A DNA stretch of 24,000 bases, from positions 1,137,935 to 1,161,934 of the forward strand of contig OY969698.1 in NCBI GenBank assembly GCA_963702015.1, given 5' to 3'. The translations under genes were made by a program, and so were the position numbers. Under the pieces are notes generated by a model. It was not told the origin of the DNA, did no database searches, and saw only the letters and a program-made list of their open reading frames with translations. Within the stretch, counting starts at the first letter, position 1. Each line of letters starts with the position of its first letter. Of the stretch, positions 17,919 to 24,000 are shown piece by piece. The stretch comes from an uncultured Planctomycetaceae bacterium (lineage in GTDB: Bacteria > Planctomycetota > Planctomycetia > Pirellulales > PALSA-1355).

Positions 17919-19169
17919 ATGGCGTTAACTACCGAATTGTCGAACGACCGGCCGGAGAGCACTCCACCGGATGCGAAAATCGATCTGCTGCTGGCACTGG
18001 CCCGCGCGTTGCACAAGGTCGGTCTGCCCGCCCACCGGCTGGAAGCGACGCTAACTGCGGCTGGCCGGTCGGCTCGGCGTGCCGCTGCAAATCATGACGA
18101 TGCCGACCGGGCTGTTGATGTCGTTCGACGGCGCGGGGACGCCGTTGACCTATGTGCTGCGTGCCCAGGCGGGCCGAGTCGATTTGCAAAGCTGGACGCA
18201 AGTTGACCGCTTTGGCCCAGGAGCTCGATCGGGGGACCGTGGAGGTCGGTGAGGCCCGGCGACGGATCGACGAAATCGCGCAAAAGTGCAGTTCCTTGGG
18301 GCCGGCTTGCGACGGTGGCCGCCTATGTGCTGAGCAGCGGTGCATTCGCGATCTTCTTCGGCGCCGGGACCACCGAACTGTGGGCGGCGCTGGCCGTCGG
18401 CCTGGCGGTCGGCTGCGTGGCGGTGGCGTTGCGGCGAGTGCGGGCGTCGTCGCGACTGTTCGAACTGGTCGCCGCCCTGGCTGCCGGCCTGATTGTCGGC
18501 TCGATCGATATTCCACTCGGTTCGTTTGCCGAATGGGTGCCCCTGGCCGCCGGTCTGATCATTCTTTTGCCGGGCATCATGCTGGTCGATGCCACCGAAG
18601 AACTGGCCCAAGGACATTTGGTCGCCGGCAGCTCGCGGATGGCTGGCGTGGGCGTGGTCTTTTTGGCGATGACGATCGGCGTGCTGTTGGGGCTGAAGGT
18701 GACTGAGTTCATGCCGAGTCCGCCGCTGCTCAAGGAACCGTTGCCCTTGCCCGAGTGGACCTGGGTGCCGGCGCTGGTGATGGTGGCCTTGGGGTCGACG
18801 ATTCGCTTTGGCGCCCGGCTGGGCGACTATGGGTGGATCCTGCTCGGCTCGGCGGTGGCGCTGGCTGGCACTCGACTGGGAACGACGATGCTGGGGCCGG
18901 TGTGCGGCGAGTTTTTTGGGGCCTTTGTCCTGGGGCTGGCGGCACACCTGGCGGCCCGATGGCGCGGCGTGACGCCGGAATTGGTGATCATCCCCGGTCT
19001 GGCGCTGCTGGTTCCCGGCTCGCTGGGCGTGCGGACGTTTTCGTCGCTGCTGGGGCAGGATCCCGACGTGGCCGTGCAAACCGGCTTCCAGATGTTTCTG
19101 GTCGCCATGGCCCTGGTGGCCGGCCTGCTGTTCAGCGACTCGTTGGCGGGCGAGAAATCGGCAGCGTAA
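17919..19169 (+). CDS. ThrE-family threonine/serine exporter-like membrane protein (DUF1212 plus DUF3815 halves). Three frame breaks, near 18066, 18192 and 18283.
   Basis: The reading is MALTTELSNDRPESTPPDAKIDLLLALARALHKVGLPAHRLEATLTA / GRLGVPLQIMTMPTGLLMSFDGAGTPLTYVLRAQAGRVDLQ / LTALAQELDRGTVEVGEARRRIDEIAQK / VPWGRLATVAAYVLSSGAFAIFFGAGTTELWAALAVGLAVG ... LIILLPGIMLVDATEELAQGHLVAGSSRMAGVGVVFLAMTIGVLLG ... ELVIIPGLALLVPGSLGVRTFSSLL ... *. Confidence 0.75.
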
Positions 19170-19207
19170 CGGCGAGGGCGGCGGCAAACTTGCCCGCTGC
19201 ACCCTGC

Positions 19208-20211
19208 TTAGCCGGTGCCGTGTGTCCGCACGGCCAAGAGCGTGACCGGTTCGCCGCGTAGCCGAGGCTGCCAGGTGAGCGACGCCGACGAGGCCGGAAC
19301 CAGCACGGTTTCGCCCTGGCGAAACGTCGCGTGCATAGCCGCTCGCTGCCGGTCAGGCGCGCCTCGCCGGCCAGCACCATCCAGATCGACATCTCGTGGG
19401 CATAGGGCAGCGGCAGCGGCACGCTGGGTCTGAAATCGCGTGAGCGCGAAATAAGGACATTCGACAAGCGACTCGCCGCTGACGCCGGCCGGCAAACCGG
19501 CCAGCGGAGTTCGGCCGCACCGGGCTCGGTCGGCCCAGCGTTCCAATTGATCGCCTGCAAGCGACTCGTCGATGTGCAGTTGCGCGAGGCTGGCCGTCGG
19601 GCCCGAGGCGGTTCCAATCGAACAGCCGGAAGGTGGCGTCGCTCGACTGCTGAACCTCGGCCATCAGCACCCCGCCGCCGACGCCGTGAACGGTGCCGGC
19701 CGGCAGAAACAAGCAATCGCCCGGCTGGGGAACGAGCGAGTGAAGGCACTCGGCGACCGTGCCGTGCTCCAGATGCCGCCGCAGGTCGGCGGCGGTGGTG
19801 CCGGGGCGAAGGCCGGCATAAATCCGCGCATCGGGTTCGGCCGACAGGATGACCCAGGCTTCGGTCTTGCCTTGTTCGCCCGGCCGCAAGCTGGCGGCCA
19901 GTGCATCGTCGGGATGAACCTGCACGGAAAGCTGCAAGTGGCAATCGAGGTATTTGATCAGCAGCGGAAACTGCGCCGGCAGCTTGCCGCGCGGGCCGAC
20001 AAGCTCGCGACCGTGGCGTCGCCAAAGTTCGTCGAGCGGGCTGCCGGCCAAGCGGGCCTTCGGCCACACGGCTGACATGATGCGGATGGGCGCTGATTTC
20101 CCAGGCTTCGCCAAACGTGCCCGGCGGCAGCGGCTTGCCCAAATGGCGCTCGAGCCGGCGCTCGCCCCAGATTTGCGGCCGTGCGTAGGGAGTGAAAACC
20201 AACGGATCCAT
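19208..20211 (-). CDS. manA: Type I mannose-6-phosphate isomerase (cupin). Frame-disrupted (at least 6 breaks).
   Basis: ATG at 20209-20211. The pieces are, in order:
- MDPLVFTPYARPQIWGERRLERHLGKPLPPGTFGEAWEISAHPHHVSRVAEGPL
- AGSPLDELWRRHGRELVGPRGKLPAQFPLLIKYLDCHLQLSVQVHPDDALAASLRPGEQGKTEAWVILSAEPDARIYAGLRPGTTAADLRRHLEHGTVAECLHSLVPQPGDCLFLPAGTVHGVGGGVLMAEVQQSSDATFRLFDWNRLGPDGQPR
- QLHIDESL
- LVECPYFALTRFQ
- MSIWMVLAGEARL
- FRQGETVLVPASSASLTWQP ... VRTHGTG*
The QVHPD and AGTVH zinc-ligand motifs are present. Confidence 0.75.
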
Positions 20212-20294
20212 GCTCACGCTTTTCCCGCACGCGCCGACTGGCCCAGGATGGCTCACACGCAGAGCCCGAATCGATCGGGCTCGCCGCGCTGCAG

Positions 20295-21515
20295 CTAGGG
20301 TTTTTGTTGGATCGAGGACGCGGGCACCCTTCTTGTTGGCCGTGACAATGTCCAACAGCCCGTCGCCGTTGACGTCGGCCACTGGAACTGGGTGCCAATG
20401 CCCGAGTCGTCGTCGACGCGGTGGGCGTTGAACTCGGCCGTGCCGTCCTTACGGCTCAGCTCGAACCAGACGATCACGGCCGGATTGTCGGGTTCGATGT
20501 CGCCGGTGGGCCCATGGGCCCACCAACGCTTGCCGGTGACCAGATCGGGCAGCTTGTCGCCATTGATATCGGCCAGGCACAAGGCATGGCGTCTGCGAGA
20601 CATCCAGACGTGTTGTCGATTTCGTGCGTCTGCCAGCCGTCTTTTTTCTGCTCGTGCCACCAGAGGCCGTTCTGGTGGGCCGCCGAGGTCGCCACGTCGG
20701 CATCGCCGTCGCCATCGAAATCGGCAACGCACATCTGGGCACAGGCCGGTCCGAACGAGACTTTGTGGAACGTCCAGGGCGTGGTCGATCCGCTGACGGG
20801 CTGTTCCCACCAGCCTTCGGTCACCAGGATGTCGGGCCGGCCGTCGCCGTTGATGTCGCCGGCGCCGATGCCATGCGAGAATCGGTCAGTGACCGGGTGC
20901 GTTCGGCTCGGAAACGGGTTTCAGATCCCACAGCGCGGTCGGATCGGCCGTGCCGCTTGGCATAGCCGATGTAGCCGCCCGGATCGTAAGCCCAACAGCA
21001 ATTCGCCTTGCGCCGTCGCCATCGATGTCGTACCAGCCCGGGCTTTCGTTATTGGTGATGGGAGCGATGACGTGCGGCTTCCAGACGTCGCCCTTCTTTT
21101 TCGGGTTGCTCGAACCAATGGGTCGCTTCGCCCGGGAAATCCGACCACGATCAGATCGGTGCGGCCGTCGCCGATTGATGTCTTCGGCGAAGTTGCAGAA
21201 CGACTTGCTATAGCCGTGCGGGTCGGTCTCCGCGGGCTTTTCCAACACCGAGACCATGTGCCAGTCGGGAGCGGCGTAGTAAACGCTGCCGGCCGAAACG
21301 TCGAGCTTGCCGTCGTGATTGAAGTCGCCGACGGCACAGCCCTCGCTGCGAAACTTATCGTCGAGCACGGTTTTCTTGAACGTGATCTCGGCACGTGCCG
21401 CCGCGGCCGAGCCGATCGCCACCGCAAGCGCCAGCAGCATGAAGCGAAAGACGACCGCCGGCCGGCGGCGTGAAGCGAGCAACGACGTCGAGCGCAGTGT
21501 CATCGGAAGCCTCAT
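20295..21515 (-). CDS. Secreted FG-GAP/VCBS repeat protein (beta-propeller type). Frame-disrupted (at least 8 breaks).
   Basis: ATG at 21513-21515 with the signal peptide MRLPMTLRSTSLLASRRRPAVVFRFMLLALAVAIGSAAAARA. The Ca-binding-like repeat core recurs seven times: VGDFNHDGKLDVSAG, EDINGDGRTDLIVV, WYDIDGDG, GAGDINGDGRPDILVTEGWWEQP, VADFDGDGDADVATSAAHQNGLWWHEQ, LADINGDKLPDLVTGKRWWAHGP and VADVNGDGLLDIVTANKKGARV. The stop is at 20295. Confidence 0.7.
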
Positions 21516-21728
21516 GGAACAGGCGAACGATGTGGGGATGAAAGCGGAAAGATCGGAAACGGCTTGCCGGAGCGCATCTCCGGCGAGCTGGCCGACCGCG
21601 GGCTACGCCAGCTGCGGCCGTAGCCGGCAGATCTTAGGGCCAGCTTAGTAGAAGGCCGGGGCGAAAGCAAATTCCGCCACCGCACTCGCGGCAGCGTAAT
21701 GCCGGCCGCGGCGGCATGGCCGGACGCC

Positions 21729-22479
21729 CTACAGCAAGCTTTCCAGCAGCAGGCGCAGTTTGCCGCATTTCGGCGGCGTGGTCGACTTCGGGCATTTCCC
21801 AGACCAGCACCGAGAGGGCCCGGTTGTAATGGACCGGGAGAGCTGGGTCACCAGCTTGCCGTATTCGATCAGCCCTTGCCCGATGCGGACTTGGAGCTTG
21901 TCCTTGGTCGTGTCGCGGAGTTGAACGTGGACCACGTGCTTGAGAACCTGGTCGTAGGAATCGCCGGCGTGGGGACCAAAAACGTAGTGGCTCGGGATCG
22001 AGCGTCAGGCCCAGCCCTTTGACGTTGTCGCACAAGACGACCGCGGTGTCGGGGTCTTGGGTGATGCGGCCGGTTTCGGTCTTCAGGCCGACGACCACTC
22101 CCTCGCGGCCGGCAATGGCCACCAGGCGTTTGAGCCGTTCGATCTCGGCATTGAAGGGGGTGCCCAACTCGCCCGCCGGAACGACCACGGCCACGACTTT
22201 GGTGGCCTTGGCCAGGCGGCAGCAGGAGGTGAACTGCTCGTAATAAAGCTCGCCTTCGGCGGTGATGTCGATGCTGTAGGCGGCGATCGTCAGCCGATAG
22301 GTCTCGCGGCAGGTAGCGATCGCTCGTTCCAGGTCGGCATGAACGGCCGACGGCTTGAGTTGCTTGCCGTTTTCGTGGATCGCGATTTCGACGCTGGTGT
22401 ATTCCAGATCGACCAGTCGCTGGAGCGCCGAATCCAACGACAAATCGGCAAAACACTCGGTCGAGGCGGCAACAAACAC
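21729..22479 (-). CDS. Sugar phosphate isomerase/epimerase (xylose-isomerase-like TIM barrel). Three frame breaks, near 21993, 21838 and 21765.
   Basis: The probable start is GTG at 22477-22479, preceded by AAGGAG 7 nt upstream. The ORF track extends the frame to 22542. The reading is (V)FVAASTECFADLSLDSALQRLVDLEYTSVEIAIHENGKQLKPSAVHADLERAIATCRETYRLTIAAYSIDITAEGELYYEQFTSCCRLAKATKVVAVVVPAGELGTPFNAEIERLKRLVAIAGREGVVVGLKTETGRITQDPDTAVVLCDNVKGLGLTLDP / SHYVFGPHAGDSYDQVLKHVVHVQLRDTTKDKLQVRIGQGLIEYGKLVTQLSR / VHYNRALSVLVWEMPEVDHAAEMRQ / LRLLLESLL*. Confidence 0.65.
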
Positions 22480-22893
22480 GCGTGAACTCCTTTTCAATCC
22501 GTCGAAGGCCAGGGCTGTTTCGGAAGAGCCGAAAAGTCGCAACCTCTAGCTCTGGGCGGTCGTCGCGTCGGGCTAGCCAATCGCCAGGCGAAGCGAGCGG
22601 CCGCCAGCCCCCCGTCGAGCCTACGGCCGCGTAGTGGGAGGCAAGCGAAGCGGTCCGACAGGCAGCCGAGACGGTGGCTCCCGCTGGGGTCGCCCCCCGC
22701 TATTTGCCGGCAATTGTAGCTTATCGCCCCGGGGGATACCAGCCAAGGGGCCACCCCGTGCGGGGCGGCCGCAAATGCCGCCGGGAGGTCGAAAATCCGC
22801 ACTTAGTGCAGATCGGCGAAATCGGTTAAACTAACCGTGCCTGCTGACTCATGACGGTCGATGGCTCCTGTGAAGAATCGCTGGGGTGGGTGA

Positions 22894-24000
22894 ATGAATA
22901 GCGTGCTGGCTGTCGTTCTGGCAGGGGGAAAGGGATCGCGGCTGGAACCGCTCACGCGCGATCGGGCCAAGCCGGCGGTCCCGTTCGGCGGTTTCTACCG
23001 GATCATCGACTTCACGCTGTCGAACTGCCTGAATAGCGGCATCCGCAAGATGCTGGTCCTCACGCAGTACAAGGCGATGAGCCTGGACCGGCATATCAAC
23101 CTCGGCTGGCGACGGTTCTTGTGCCGCGAACTGGGCGAGTTCATCGACGTCGTCCCGCCGCAGCAGCGGATCGACGAACACTGGTATCAGGGAACGGCCG
23201 ACGCGGTCTATCAGAACATCTACACGCTGGAAAAAGAGCATCCCGAGTACGTGGTCATCCTGGCCGGCGACCACATCTACAAAATGGACTACTACAGCCT
23301 GGTCGAGTTCCACAAAGGACAACCGGGCCGATCTGACCGTGGCCACGCTGCGAGTGCAGGCCGACGAGTCGCGGCATTTTGGCGTGGTGCAAGTCGACAG
23401 CGAGCGGCGGATCATGGGATTCGAGGAAAAGCCAGCCGTCGGCAAGCCGATTCCCGGCGACCCGGAACACATCTTCGCCTCGATGGGCATCTATATCTTC
23501 ACGGCTCGCTTCCTGTTCGAGCAGTTGTGCATCGACGCGACGCGGCCCGGCAGCGTGCACGATTTTGGCCGCGACATCATTCCCTCGATCATCGACTCGC
23601 ACCGGGTGTTTGCGTTTCCGTTCCGCGACGAAAACCGCAAGCAGGACGCCTATTGGCGCGACGTGGGGACGCTGGACGCCTATTACGCGGCCAACATGGA
23701 TTTGATTTCGGTCGATCCGCTGTTGAACATGTACGACGAGCATTGGCCGATCCGCACCTATCACCCCAACTATCCGCCGCCGAAGTTCGTCTTTGCCGAG
23801 GAAGGCGCCCATCCTCGGCGCGGCTCGGCCCTGGACAGCATCATCTGCCAGGGAAGCATCCTGTCGGGCGGCCAGGTGGAGCGTTCGATCGTTGGCCCCA
23901 ACGTCCGGGTGAACAGCTACTCGCACGTCGAAGACTCGATCCTGCTGGAAGGGGTCGACATCGGCCGGCACTGCCGCGTCCGCCGGGCGATCATCGACAA
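22894..24000 (+). CDS. glgC: Glucose-1-phosphate adenylyltransferase. The 3' end runs off the window. One frame break near 23315.
   Basis: ATG at 22894. The reading is [72 protein letters not shown] ... [56 protein letters not shown] / [38 protein letters not shown] ... [19 protein letters not shown] ... [49 protein letters not shown] ... [49 protein letters not shown]. Neither frame appears in the ORF track because neither has a stop inside the window. Confidence 0.92.
   Translation, partial: MNSVLAVVLAGGKGSRLEPLTRDRAKPAVPFGGFYRIIDFTLSNCLNSGIRKMLVLTQYKAMSLDRHINLGWRRFLCRELGEFIDVVPPQQRIDEHWYQGTADAVYQNIYTLEKEHPEYVVILAGDHIYKMDYYSLVEFHKGQPGRSDRGHAASAGRRVAAFWRGASRQRAADHGIRGKASRRQADSRRPGTHLRLDGHLYLHGSLPVRAVVHRRDAARQRARFWPRHHSLDHRLAPGVCVSVPRRKPQAGRLLARRGDAGRLLRGQHGFDFGRSAVEHVRRALADPHLSPQLSAAEVRLCRGRRPSSARLGPGQHHLPGKHPVGRPGGAFDRWPQRPGEQLLARRRLDPAGRGRHRPALPRPPGDHRQ

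Noticed and set aside
1-24000. Programmed ribosomal frameshifting or recoding as an explanation for the frame breaks.
   Set aside because: There are far too many breaks, in both directions, in unrelated housekeeping genes. I saw no shared slippery heptamer or downstream structure at the sites I inspected.
1-24000. tRNA/rRNA genes, CRISPR arrays, IS elements, integrases, toxin-antitoxin or other defence modules.
   Set aside because: I scanned both strands by eye for T-loop-like GGTTCGAA motifs, regularly spaced repeats, terminal inverted repeats and DDE/tyrosine-recombinase-like translations, and found none. A computational scan (tRNAscan, Rfam, ISfinder, defence-system HMMs) on frame-corrected sequence would be needed to be certain.

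Overview
GC-rich chromosomal segment. The gene content suggests Planctomycetota, probably Pirellulales-like: a very large TolC-like outer-membrane protein, a Tat-exported HExxH (DUF1570-like) protein, an FG-GAP/VCBS protein, EF-hand tails and a YfgM-like TPR anchor. This assignment is inference only. I resolve 17 protein-coding loci and see no rRNA, tRNA, CRISPR array, transposase, integrase or recognisable defence gene.

The dominant signal is technical or evolutionary. 15 of the 17 genes can only be read by hopping between reading frames; by eye I count roughly 60 indel-type breaks. Only two long genes are open end to end: cobL-like 11476..12720 and a sugar transferase 14486..15916. As a result the supplied ORF track fragments real genes and contains very long antisense shadow ORFs, for example 10693..13242 (+). 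It also omits the two edge-truncated genes: the permease at 1..1155 (-) and glgC at 22894..24000 (+).

Gene order:
- Minus-strand efflux locus: TolC-like OMP 6321->3433, HlyD/MacA adaptor 3006->1410 with an EF-hand pair at its 3' end, and MacB/FtsX permease 1155-><1.
- TrmH-family methyltransferase (+).
- TauE/SafE (-).
- YfgM-like TPR protein (+), abutting an RluD-like pseudouridine synthase (+).
- Minus-strand run of Memo-like protein, CbiE/CbiT (CobL) and PIG-L deacetylase.
- Polyprenyl-phosphate sugar transferase (-).
- Tat/HExxH protein (-).
- ThrE-family exporter (+).
- Type I mannose-6-phosphate isomerase (-).
- FG-GAP protein (-).
- Sugar-phosphate isomerase/epimerase (-).
- GlgC (+, partial).

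I did not find a convincing novel multi-gene system. The most interesting candidates are the Ca2+-binding EF-hand module attached to the efflux adaptor, the decorated giant OMP, and a few unexplained intergenic repeats and stem-loops.

Features typed CDS that carry frame breaks are composite spans, not single-frame translations. All frame-break coordinates are approximate.
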